DNA of 28,590 bases from an uncultured Candidatus Poseidoniales archaeon (GCA_964645485.1 CAZXZO010000003.1:33667-62256); one strand, 5' to 3'; numbered from the stretch's first letter, positions 9,265 through 17,960 are shown. Numbers and translations: made by a program. Notes: generated by a model not told the origin, from the letters alone.

Positions 9265-12200
9265 ATGGTGAGTGGCGCGGGGGAATCTGCTGAATCTGAT
9301 TCAGGCTCAACCAAGTCGGGGACTAAATCCCCCCGACGAGTCGTAACAGCAGCGTCATTATTCGATGGTCACGATGCTGCAATCAACGTCATGCGGCGAT
9401 TAATTCAGGCTGCTGGAGCCGAGGTAATCCATCTGGGACACGACCGCTCTGCTCAAGATGTTGCAAATGCTGTAATCCAAGAAGATGCCCACGCAGTTGC
9501 CCTTTCATCATATCAGGGTGGCCACGTAGAATACTTCACCTACATCCGCCAAATCTTAGATGAGGCGGGCCGTGATTATGTCAAAATCTTCGGCGGCGGA
9601 GGTGGCACGATAACACCAATTGAAATGCGAGATTTGCACGAGGCGGGTATCACGAAAATCTACTCTCCCGATGATGGTAGAACCCTTGGCTTAGTCGGTA
9701 TGATTGATGATATGATGGAGAAGACCAATGATCTTGACTTACTAGATGGAGGTAAACTCGACGAATTGTCTAACTCACTTACAGCCGCTGACCATGGGGG
9801 CATTGCAAGACTCATCACACTTGCAGAAAACGGAGATTCTGCATCATTCAAATCTGCACTGGATAAGTGCCGCTCTCAATCATCACAAACCGAGGCACCT
9901 GTGGTTGGGATTACTGGCACTGGCGGCGCTGGAAAATCATCTCTCCTTGATGAATTGATGCTGAGAATTATTCGCGACTGCCCTGATTTGAAGGTTGCAT
10001 TTCTTTGCACAGACCCAACTCGTAAACGGACTGGTGGGGCTTTGCTTGGTGACCGAATTCGAATGAATGCGCTGTCTCACAACAATTTTTTCATGCGAAG
10101 CCTTGCAAGTCGTGGTTCTGGCAAAGAAGTAAGTGACCGCCTTGAAGAAGCGATTTCAGTTTGTCAAGCAGTAGGATTTGACCTTATTTTCGCTGAAACA
10201 AGTGGCATCGGTCAAGCTGATGACGCTATCAGCAATTTAGTTGACCATACATTCTATGTCATGACAGCAGAATATGGTGCTCACACCCAACTAGAAAAAA
10301 TCGAGATGCTTGACGTAGCAGACTTGGTTGTAATCAACAAATTTGAGCGGCGAGGAGCCATTGATGCCCTGCGTGCTGTTCGCAAACAAGTCCGCAGAAA
10401 CCGTAATCTGTTTGGCATTGACGATAATGAACTCCCAGTGTGTGGAACCATTGCAAGTCAATTTTCCGACCCAGGAGTTGACGACCTCTGGTTCCGTCTT
10501 TCCTCAATGATTATCCTCGCTGATGGTAGTCACCCGAATTCTACCAAGCCTTCTATGCCTAAATCAGGGATGCCAGAGCCTAGGCACATTATTCCCCCCG
10601 AACGTGTGAATTATTTGGCGGAAGTTTCAGCAACGGTAAGAGAATACCATTCTAGAACACATGGTGAAGTTGGAAAGGCAAGACTAGCCCAACAACTGGC
10701 TGAATCTGCAAACCATCTCGAAACTATTGGCAGGTCAGATGCGGCAATTGAAATTCGCCAAGAGGCTACTGAAATCCTCCAAGATTTACACCCTTCTGCA
10801 CGAACTCTTCTTGAGGAATGGCCCGACAAAGTTGAAACATTTGATGCAGGCGAATATTCCTACGATGTAAGAGGAAAAACATTCTCAGTCCCCACTAAAT
10901 CTGAGTCACTTTCCGGATTAAAAATACCCCGAGTCGCTCTGCCAAGAACCGAAGATAAAGGAACACTCTTGAACTGGTTACGTAAGGAAAACCTCCCTGG
11001 TAGTTTCCCATTTACTGGCGGTGTGTTCCCCTTCAAAAGGGCTGATGAAGACCCAACTAGGATGTTTGCTGGAGAAGGACCTGCAAGCCGAACCAATTCT
11101 CGCTTCCACCTGCTGAGTGAATCCTCACCATATGCGCGTCTTTCTACTGCTTTTGATTCGGTAACACTGTATGGTAGAGACCCTGATATTCGCCCTGATA
11201 TCTATGGAAAAGTCGGCGAATCTGGGGTGTCTATTTTTACTGTAGATGAAATCTCTCAATTATATGATGGGTTTGATTTATGTGATAAAAACACAAGCGT
11301 TTCTATGACTATTAATGGCCCAGCCCCGATAATTCTAGCGATGTTCTTCAACGCTGCAATTCGCCAACAAGAGGTCAAATTCAAAGAAAAAGAGGGGCGT
11401 GAACCTACAGATGAAGAATCATCTGAACTTCGCAATATGACTCTATCAAGTGTTCGAGGAACTGTTCAAGCTGATATTCTCAAGGAGGACCAAGCGCAAA
11501 ATACCTGCATTTTTTCAACTGATTTCAGTCTCAAACTGATGGGAGATGTGCAACAATTTTACATTGATAATAATGTGCGGAATCATTACTCAGTTTCAAT
11601 TTCAGGATACCACATCGCTGAGGCAGGAGCAAATCCAATTTCACAACTTGCTTTCACCCTTGCAAATGGGCTCACCTATGTTGAGTACTATCGTTCACGC
11701 GGCATGGATGTGAATGAATTTGCACCCAATCTTTCCTTCTTCTTCTCAAATGGGATGGACCCGGAGTACACAGTAATTTCACGTGTCGCTAGAAGAATTT
11801 GGTCGATTGCAATGCGCGATTTATATGGCGGAAATGAGCGCTCTCAAAAATGCAAAATGCACATACAAACCTCAGGCCGTTCACTCCACGCCCAAGAGAT
11901 GGCTTTCAACGATATTCGCACGACTCTCCAAGCATTGTTAGCCATTCAAGATAATGCCAATTCACTACACACTAATGCCTACGATGAGGCAGTGACTACA
12001 CCGACATCTGAATCAGTTAGAAGAGCTCTAGCAATTCAGATGATAAACAACAAAGAATTTGGTTGGAATAAATGTGAAAATCCCATGCAAGGGTCACATC
12101 TTGTTGAGGAATTAACTGATATGGTTGAGGAGGCAGTTTTACGTGAGTTTGAGCGAATTAGTGAGCGAGGTGGTGTTTTAGGAGCCATGGAAATGATGTA

Positions 12201-12573
12201 TCAACGCTCGAAGATTCAAGATGAGTCAATGTATTATGAAGAATTGAAACATTCAGGCGAATTACCAATTGTTGGGGTAAATATGTTTGAAAACCCTGAG
12301 GCTGAAGCATTTGACGAATCCTCTGCTGACTCCTTTGACATGGAATTGAGCCGAGCAACCCCGGAGGAGAAGGAAGGATGCCTCAATCGCCTTGAAGAAT
12401 TCCATGCTGAACACGCTGATACCGCACCTGCCGCTTTAGCCAAACTTCAGGAAGTTGCTCGCTCTGGCGAAAATGTCTTTGCAGAATTAATGGAGACAGT
12501 AAAAGTCGCAAGTCTTGGCCAAATCACAGAAGCACTGTTTGAGGTTGGCGGCCAATATAGACGCAATATGTGA
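9265..12573 (+). CDS. icmF: Fused isobutyryl-CoA mutase IcmF (B12-binding + MeaB-like GTPase + mutase barrel)
   Basis: FDGHDAAINVMRR B12 motif; P-loop GITGTGGAGKSS; PTRMFAGEG with Phe at the specificity position (Tyr in methylmalonyl-CoA mutase); SGYHIAEAG; SLHTNAYDEA; 1102 aa. Confidence 0.95.
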   Translation: MVSGAGESAESDSGSTKSGTKSPRRVVTAASLFDGHDAAINVMRRLIQAAGAEVIHLGHDRSAQDVANAVIQEDAHAVALSSYQGGHVEYFTYIRQILDEAGRDYVKIFGGGGGTITPIEMRDLHEAGITKIYSPDDGRTLGLVGMIDDMMEKTNDLDLLDGGKLDELSNSLTAADHGGIARLITLAENGDSASFKSALDKCRSQSSQTEAPVVGITGTGGAGKSSLLDELMLRIIRDCPDLKVAFLCTDPTRKRTGGALLGDRIRMNALSHNNFFMRSLASRGSGKEVSDRLEEAISVCQAVGFDLIFAETSGIGQADDAISNLVDHTFYVMTAEYGAHTQLEKIEMLDVADLVVINKFERRGAIDALRAVRKQVRRNRNLFGIDDNELPVCGTIASQFSDPGVDDLWFRLSSMIILADGSHPNSTKPSMPKSGMPEPRHIIPPERVNYLAEVSATVREYHSRTHGEVGKARLAQQLAESANHLETIGRSDAAIEIRQEATEILQDLHPSARTLLEEWPDKVETFDAGEYSYDVRGKTFSVPTKSESLSGLKIPRVALPRTEDKGTLLNWLRKENLPGSFPFTGGVFPFKRADEDPTRMFAGEGPASRTNSRFHLLSESSPYARLSTAFDSVTLYGRDPDIRPDIYGKVGESGVSIFTVDEISQLYDGFDLCDKNTSVSMTINGPAPIILAMFFNAAIRQQEVKFKEKEGREPTDEESSELRNMTLSSVRGTVQADILKEDQAQNTCIFSTDFSLKLMGDVQQFYIDNNVRNHYSVSISGYHIAEAGANPISQLAFTLANGLTYVEYYRSRGMDVNEFAPNLSFFFSNGMDPEYTVISRVARRIWSIAMRDLYGGNERSQKCKMHIQTSGRSLHAQEMAFNDIRTTLQALLAIQDNANSLHTNAYDEAVTTPTSESVRRALAIQMINNKEFGWNKCENPMQGSHLVEELTDMVEEAVLREFERISERGGVLGAMEMMYQRSKIQDESMYYEELKHSGELPIVGVNMFENPEAEAFDESSADSFDMELSRATPEEKEGCLNRLEEFHAEHADTAPAALAKLQEVARSGENVFAELMETVKVASLGQITEALFEVGGQYRRNM

Positions 12574-12582
12574 GGTGCTGAG

Positions 12583-13302
12583 TTGAAATTATTGCTCGGC
12601 AGTGGTGGCATCAGAAACGAAGAACAAGTGAAACTCTATCATGACGAAATGGCAAACCATTTCGAAGGAGTTGATGAAGTTCTGTTCATCCCTTATGCAG
12701 GTGATGACCACGACTATTACCTAAAAAGAATGCAAGATTTCAGTTCACCCTCTGGAATAAAATTAGTTGGCATACACCATGCTGATGACCCGATAAAAGC
12801 GATAGAAGAGGCAAAAGGAATCTATGTTGGGGGAGGAAATACATTTCTTCTAACTCGTGACCTTCACGATACAGGAATAATTGCCCCAGTCAGGGCTCAA
12901 GTTGCTGCGGGAATCCCATACATGGGAGTGAGTGCGGGCTCCAATGTCGCTGCACCAACCATGCAGACAACGAATGATATGCCAATAGTCTCACCTGCCT
13001 CATTTGAAACGCTAAATCTTGTACCGTTTCAGATAAATCCACACTACTTCGGGGGACTCAGTTGGGTGAAAAAAGGTGAGGACTTTGTCCCACATAATGG
13101 AGAAACAAGACAAGACAGAATTAGGGAATTCCACCAACAAAATAACACCCCAGTGCTAGGCCTTTGGGAGGGGACATACCTTCGCTGGAATGGTGAAACA
13201 GGCAAATTGATCGGTGGGAACGCTACAGTTTTCCAAGCCGGTAAAGAATCAACATCTCATAAAGATGGCACGATATTCAATGGCTCATTAGAATCCAAAT
13301 AG
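12583..13302 (+). CDS. pepE: Dipeptidase E (peptidase S51)
   Basis: VGGGNTF, GVSAG (catalytic Ser), QINPHY and HNGETR. TTG start after a GAGGTG SD, 9 bp downstream of icmF. Confidence 0.92.
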   Translation: MKLLLGSGGIRNEEQVKLYHDEMANHFEGVDEVLFIPYAGDDHDYYLKRMQDFSSPSGIKLVGIHHADDPIKAIEEAKGIYVGGGNTFLLTRDLHDTGIIAPVRAQVAAGIPYMGVSAGSNVAAPTMQTTNDMPIVSPASFETLNLVPFQINPHYFGGLSWVKKGEDFVPHNGETRQDRIREFHQQNNTPVLGLWEGTYLRWNGETGKLIGGNATVFQAGKESTSHKDGTIFNGSLESK

Positions 13303-14799
13303 AATTAATCCAATAATCAAGACAGAGATAAATGACAGAATTACACCAGGAATGATTCCAACTAACATTCCTGTACCCTTATTTGTTGAACCCGCTTGGA
13401 AATTCCTAACAATTTGAACTATCCATACGATAAACAATACAAGACTGAATAAACTCCCAAAGCATGGTCCAAAATCTAGAATAAATGAATCATCACTTCT
13501 TATCTCATAATGAGCTGTGAGAAGGGTCCCATTATCCAAAGGTTCACTGATAAAAATTTCACCATATCCGCTATCATAGTCAATTGATCCAACATTCAAT
13601 TGAGAGTGGTCGCGATAAACCATGTCTGGGCAATTTGGAGGGGAACCCCATTCCTGGTAATCCGGATAAAACCATTCAGTTCCCCGATTGGTTACACTCA
13701 TTCGTATCTCTTGGGCACAATAATTCTGCCATTCATTTGTATAGACAGGGAAAACAAGTGGAGTGTTATTAGCATCAAAATTTTGGGAATCAAGATTACT
13801 AGATCGTTGTTCAGGCAGGAATAATGTAACCGAAGAAAAAGGTTTTTCATCAACTGTGGCATATACTGTGAATTCATAATGATAATCAGAATATGTCAAA
13901 TGACATTCTGAGTATGGGGATTGTGCTGTTGGAGTATATTCAACATGCTCTGAATCGGCACCATATTCGATAATCTTCAAATCCGTAAATGCCGGGCAAG
14001 ATTCATCCCAATTCGTTGTATTTACATTGAAAATCAAAGGTGTCATATTTGCATCAAATGATTGGCTTTCGAGGGATACTACATCTAGGATATGTATCTC
14101 AATGGAATCATTAGGCTGTTCGTATTCACGAGGGTACACAGTAAGCACTGCCTCCCCTTCGGTTAGATTGTCAAACGTTACTCTAGTCACTTTTCCTAGA
14201 CCTTCCCCAAATTCAACTCTAGTAATCTGCTTTTCTTGGTATAGATTACCCTCATCACCACATCCGTCATACACACGGAATGAATCTTCATCATAGTAAT
14301 AGTAGTAGTCTTCATCATTTATCTCATTGATTGCAAGTGAGCAATCGTAAATTGGCGTATCAGAAATTTGGAAAGTACCATTCAAACCCGATTCGTCCCA
14401 ATCAATAACTAGAGGTTCGCTACGCCAAGCCTCATCCCAAGAGTTTTCAGCCCAACCCATCATAAGCATTGGAACCATCATCATGAAGAATGAAAACAAA
14501 CAAGTAATACCGATTCCTTTCAGAATTGAATCTTTCTTTGGTCCCTGTAATTGCTCTGACCATAAACTTGAATCTATTGTTCCTACTTCGCCTGTAAGAG
14601 TAGTTCCCGAGGCAGGTGCAAGTTGGGTTGGCATCTGACCTTGCATCTGTGTATTGATAGAGAAGCCCTCAGAACCACTCAACATTATTGGTTGGGGAGG
14701 AGATGATGAACCGGTTGGTTGAGAATCTGATTCACCAGAATCACCGTTGTTTGAAGGGCTATCCCAAGGACTACTCGCCTCACGCCCCGATTCTGCCAT
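13288..14799 (-). CDS. Membrane protein with a large acidic extracellular region containing an internal repeat
   Basis: One TM near aa 100-120 and two C-terminal TMs; duplicated SQxFDANxTPL(I/V)F motif. The ORF extends to 14814; ATG 14799 is preferred. Confidence 0.75.
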   Translation of the reverse strand: MAESGREASSPWDSPSNNGDSGESDSQPTGSSSPPQPIMLSGSEGFSINTQMQGQMPTQLAPASGTTLTGEVGTIDSSLWSEQLQGPKKDSILKGIGITCLFSFFMMMVPMLMMGWAENSWDEAWRSEPLVIDWDESGLNGTFQISDTPIYDCSLAINEINDEDYYYYYDEDSFRVYDGCGDEGNLYQEKQITRVEFGEGLGKVTRVTFDNLTEGEAVLTVYPREYEQPNDSIEIHILDVVSLESQSFDANMTPLIFNVNTTNWDESCPAFTDLKIIEYGADSEHVEYTPTAQSPYSECHLTYSDYHYEFTVYATVDEKPFSSVTLFLPEQRSSNLDSQNFDANNTPLVFPVYTNEWQNYCAQEIRMSVTNRGTEWFYPDYQEWGSPPNCPDMVYRDHSQLNVGSIDYDSGYGEIFISEPLDNGTLLTAHYEIRSDDSFILDFGPCFGSLFSLVLFIVWIVQIVRNFQAGSTNKGTGMLVGIIPGVILSFISVLIIGLILFGF

Positions 14800-14910
14800 A
14801 TAGCGTTGTAACACAATGTAGGTTATGAGGCTTCATCCGGCACAAGTAAATACACTATCAATAATTATCAATGGAATTCTATCGTTAGCAATTACATCAT
14901 TTGATTTTAC

Positions 14911-14958
14911 AAAAAAAAAAGGGCCCGCTTGAGGGGAGAATACCCCCCCCAAACGGGC
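14911..14958 (-). terminator. Hairpin plus U10 intrinsic-type terminator after MIP-like gene 1
   Basis: 16-bp stem 14923-14938/14943-14958. Its three plus-strand mismatches all become G-U pairs on the minus-strand RNA. A10 at 14911-14920 gives a U10 tail. Confidence 0.8.
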
Positions 14959-14994
14959 TGTTCGCATTACGTGTGTTTTTTAACTCGAAGACTG

Positions 14995-15564
14995 CTATTC
15001 TTCTTCGTTTAGTAATTGCTCACCAAACATGATAGCAAGGTAGGCTCCGACTCCAGATGCAATCATTCCGCCAAAGACGCTCAGCATGTGAGTCATTTCC
15101 CAAGCAGAATCAACTAACATTCCACCAAAGTCTCCTGCACCAGTCAATGATACTCCTGCGAGTCCCACCATCCATGCAAGGATACCTACTTCCCAGCTGC
15201 CGCCACAGCGGTCGTAAACCATCATCATCAAGAATCCGCCAAACAGAGATGCTACTGCTGTGTATGCACCAAGTTCAGCAGGTGCTACCCATGTCATCGC
15301 ATCTGTTGCACTTGATTGCCACCAAACTAAGGCATATGCTGCAATTCCACCAAACATCTGAGCAATGAAATCATTCATTCCATCCTCAATTTCGTCTCTT
15401 CCTGAAGCCATCTTCGCCAAAGTAAACATTGGCAAAATGGTTCCACCCATCGCTATCATGAAGACTGCTAGGACTAGTCCTGTTGACATTGCATCGCCAC
15501 TCACGGCGAAGAATACAACTGCTAAACTGCCCACAAATTCAGTCATCGTTCTATTTCTATCCAT
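14995..15564 (-). CDS. Divergent MIP/aquaporin-like membrane protein lacking NPA motifs (copy 1)
   Basis: TEFVGS (AEFxGT-like), TILPMFTLA (HLNPAVT-like), IAQMFGG (AQxxG), SLTGAGDFG (MNPARDFG-like). SD AAGGAGTGA upstream. Confidence 0.7.
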   Translation of the reverse strand: MDRNRTMTEFVGSLAVVFFAVSGDAMSTGLVLAVFMIAMGGTILPMFTLAKMASGRDEIEDGMNDFIAQMFGGIAAYALVWWQSSATDAMTWVAPAELGAYTAVASLFGGFLMMMVYDRCGGSWEVGILAWMVGLAGVSLTGAGDFGGMLVDSAWEMTHMLSVFGGMIASGVGAYLAIMFGEQLLNEEE

Positions 15565-15586
15565 TTCATATCACTCCTTTTTTCAT

Positions 15587-15713
15587 ATCGCTCTTTGGCG
15601 ATTATTGTCGTGTTTCTTACCTCGCTTATAAACGGTGCCACGACAAATACCACAAATTACGTGATTTTAGGACATTTCAAAAAAAGCCGGTGCTGTTGAA
15701 TAAAGTAAGTGTT
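15587..15713 (-). promoter_or_regulatory. Promoter of MIP-like gene 1: upstream bipartite motif, TATA box and TSS palindrome
   Basis: Plus-strand aaaagccggtg (15682-15692)-N10-aagtaagtgtt (15703-15713); gcttataaac (15624-15633; TTTATAA on minus); atcgc-N6-gcgat (15587-15602). All are mirrored upstream of copy 2. Confidence 0.75.
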
Positions 15714-15739
15714 AGTAATCTCACCAACCTCAAAAATAG

Positions 15740-15782
15740 AAAAAAAATGGCAAGAAGGCCGAGGAGAATAATCCCCTCGGCC
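15740..15782 (-). terminator. Hairpin plus U8 tract after MIP-like gene 2
   Basis: ggccgagg (15757-15764)/cctcggcc (15775-15782), extendable to 11 bp with one G-U on the minus strand. A8 at 15740-15747. Confidence 0.7.
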
Positions 15783-15836
15783 CACCGCGTACAACGGCTT
15801 GAAGCCGACTTGTGTTTTCTGTTCAGAGTTAACTGC

Positions 15837-16493
15837 TCAGAGGTTCTCATCGATTTGGCCAGCTAATAGCGCACCAAGACCAACACAGATTCCATCAATG
15901 AGCCACGGCATAGCAACAGCCATTGCGTCCCCTGTTTCATTAAGAATCATGGAAGCCATGTCTGCAGCCGACTCGAAGTTGACAAGCCCCGCCATTGCCA
16001 TTACAGCAATAGGCATAGCCCAGTTATTGTCAACCTTTGAGTGGATATGTCCTAGAACCGCACCAGCAGCAACTAATCCAAGAGTTGCCCATAGATCAAA
16101 TGACCATGCAGCCTGGCCACCAGCGTGTGCCGTTGCATAAGTCACATAATCTGCAGTGATTTGTCCCATGAAGAACACCGCTAGAGCAGCACCAACAATT
16201 TGTGCGACCAATGTTATTACAGTGTTAATCCATGCATCAGCATCGGATAGGTTGTCCATGTTCGACAACATCTTCATCCAAGTCACTGGTGGTAGGATAT
16301 CAGCACCGCTGAAAGCCATCCACGCGATTCCAAGTGCCACCATACCACCAAGTGAGGCTAATCCTAAGCCTACCAAGGAGGTACCAGCAAGTGGATTCCC
16401 TGCATCGTTCCATACTACTATTCCAAACACCAACCAAGTAACGGCAAATGCGCCACCCAATTCGTTCATCGTTTTCTTTATGTCAAATTCCAT
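15837..16493 (-). CDS. Divergent MIP/aquaporin-like membrane protein lacking NPA motifs (copy 2)
   Basis: NELGGA, ADILPPVTW (HLNPAVT-like), VAQIVGA, NFESAADMA (NPARDF-like). ATG 16493 follows a GGTGA SD; the track's GTG 16502 lies within that SD. Confidence 0.7.
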   Translation of the reverse strand: MEFDIKKTMNELGGAFAVTWLVFGIVVWNDAGNPLAGTSLVGLGLASLGGMVALGIAWMAFSGADILPPVTWMKMLSNMDNLSDADAWINTVITLVAQIVGAALAVFFMGQITADYVTYATAHAGGQAAWSFDLWATLGLVAAGAVLGHIHSKVDNNWAMPIAVMAMAGLVNFESAADMASMILNETGDAMAVAMPWLIDGICVGLGALLAGQIDENL

Positions 16494-16514
16494 ATTTTTC
16501 ACCTTTAGTTTCCC

Positions 16515-16640
16515 ATCGCACTAGGCGATTAGGCCGATTTTTCACAGTTTGCTTATGAACTAATCCCCGGATGACCTTCGAAAATATGCAATTTCGAGAG
16601 TTATCCGGAAAAGCCGGTGTAGTGATTTGAAGTAAGTGTT
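16515..16640 (-). promoter_or_regulatory. Promoter of MIP-like gene 2: same architecture as copy 1 plus a long inverted repeat
   Basis: aaaagccggtg (16609-16619)-N10-aagtaagtgtt (16630-16640); gcttatgaac (16551-16560); atcgc-N5-gcgat (16515-16529); IR 16567-16583/16592-16608. Confidence 0.75.
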
Positions 16641-16803
16641 CGCAGCAACACCGCCCCCGGATTGTGGTAAAATACTCTACATTAACACCGTTTCAGCATA
16701 ATTTCAACCATTACCTCCCACAATCAGGGGAGTTGGGGCATTACCAGTGATTCAACATTTTGTTATAAAATGTGATAATTTGATAATTTGTGAGGTTTTT
16801 AAC

Positions 16804-17658
16804 TTACCTTTGGCATTTTGAGCAAAAGAAAGTTGAGCGTCCCCCTTGAACTATTCTCTTGACCTTTCCACTACAAGAATGAGTGAAACATGGTTCACCT
16901 TCACGCCCGTAAACTTTGAATGAATGGGCAAAATATCCTAAATCGCCATCAACAGCTGCGAAATCAGAAATTGTCGAACCACCTGCTGAGATTGCTTCTC
17001 CCAACACCTGTTTTGTTTGGTCCACTATTCTCTCACACCTAGAATCCACTCTGCCAACAGAACTTGCTACACTAGAAGCCATACGTCGCGGAGAAACACC
17101 TGCTCGATTGAGTATCTCGCAAACATAAATATTCCCAAGGCCAGCCACAATTCGCTGATCTAGTAAGGCAGTTTTTATTGGAGACTTCTTGTTTTTTATT
17201 GATTTTGAAAAAGATTCAGCATTGAAATTTTCAGATAGTGGCTCGCAACCAATCCCGGCTAGAAGTCGGTGATTCTGCTCGCCGCCAGCATCAATCAAAT
17301 CCATCAAACCAAAGCGGCGGGGATCATTGTAGACTGCGATTGCACCATTCTCCATTCGAATAATTACATGGTCATGTTTGGAGTTTTCCTCATATTCGCT
17401 TTCATCTCCAAATAATGTGAATTTCCCCGTCATCCCCAAGTGAACTAACCAAGTAGTATCATCATCTAAGCGAACTAGGAGGTATTTTGCCCGCCTATCT
17501 ATCCTCTCAATACGACGGTTTTCCATCCTATTCTCCATATCTTTTGGAAAAGGAAATCTCAATCCATTCCGACGTAAATCGACCGAACTAATTGTCTCAC
17601 CTTGCAAATGTCGAACCAGTCCTTTCCGCACAGTCTCTACTTCTGGAAGTTCAGGCAC
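16804..17658 (-). CDS. mutM: Formamidopyrimidine-DNA glycosylase Fpg/MutM
   Basis: (M)PELPEVETV, HLGMTG, NDPRRFG, H2TH LLDQRIVAGLGNIY and a C-terminal Zn finger. GTG start. Confidence 0.97.
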   Translation of the reverse strand: MPELPEVETVRKGLVRHLQGETISSVDLRRNGLRFPFPKDMENRMENRRIERIDRRAKYLLVRLDDDTTWLVHLGMTGKFTLFGDESEYEENSKHDHVIIRMENGAIAVYNDPRRFGLMDLIDAGGEQNHRLLAGIGCEPLSENFNAESFSKSIKNKKSPIKTALLDQRIVAGLGNIYVCEILNRAGVSPRRMASSVASSVGRVDSRCERIVDQTKQVLGEAISAGGSTISDFAAVDGDLGYFAHSFKVYGREGEPCFTHSCSGKVKRIVQGGRSTFFCSKCQR

Positions 17659-17718
17659 GACCTCACGTGGGCGGCATTAGCAAAAGCAGTTTGGATGCTA
17701 TGTGAACTATGCGCTCTC

Positions 17719-17960
17719 AATCAAAGCCAAACTGAAAGCGATGAGCCTCCATTCAAGGCCACTTCGATGGTGATTCAGGTTCTAAAAGTCATTTTGGGGC
17801 CGATTCAGGCCATAAAACCCAATTAGATGGTGATTTCAGGTTCGGAAACCAAACTGAAAGCGATGAGCCTCCATTCAGGACCACGTCGAAGGTTATTTCA
17901 GGTTCGGAAACCACATTGAAAGCAATATGCATTCTAACAAGGCCAATTCGGAGGTGATTT
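17719..17960. repeat. Degenerate ~61-62-bp tandem array (4 units); last unit overlaps the fibrillarin 3' end
   Basis: Units at about 17719-17779, 17780-17840, 17841-17902 and 17903-17964. An exact 29-mer, ccaaactgaaagcgatgagcctccattca, occurs at 17727 and 17849. Units 3 and 4 match at 42/58 ungapped positions. Confidence 0.85.

Noticed and set aside
9235-9293. C/D-box-like pattern (ATGATGA...CTGA/CTAA...ATGGTGA...CTGA)
   Set aside because: Guide lengths are atypical and the second half is the icmF coding start (MVSGAGES); likely chance.
13288-13302. 15-nt convergent overlap of pepE and the membrane protein gene
   Set aside because: Ordinary compact-genome tail-to-tail overlap.
4014-17658. 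PCNA-interacting (PIP) boxes on SMUG1, Fpg or the rSAM protein
   Set aside because: No Qxx(L/I/M)xx(F/Y)(F/Y)-like motif is visible at their termini.
17727-17877. CTGA-aag-CGATGA in the array as D'/C' boxes of a C/D sRNA next to flpA
   Set aside because: No properly placed C or D box flanks either copy, and the array is explained by duplication of the flpA 3' end.
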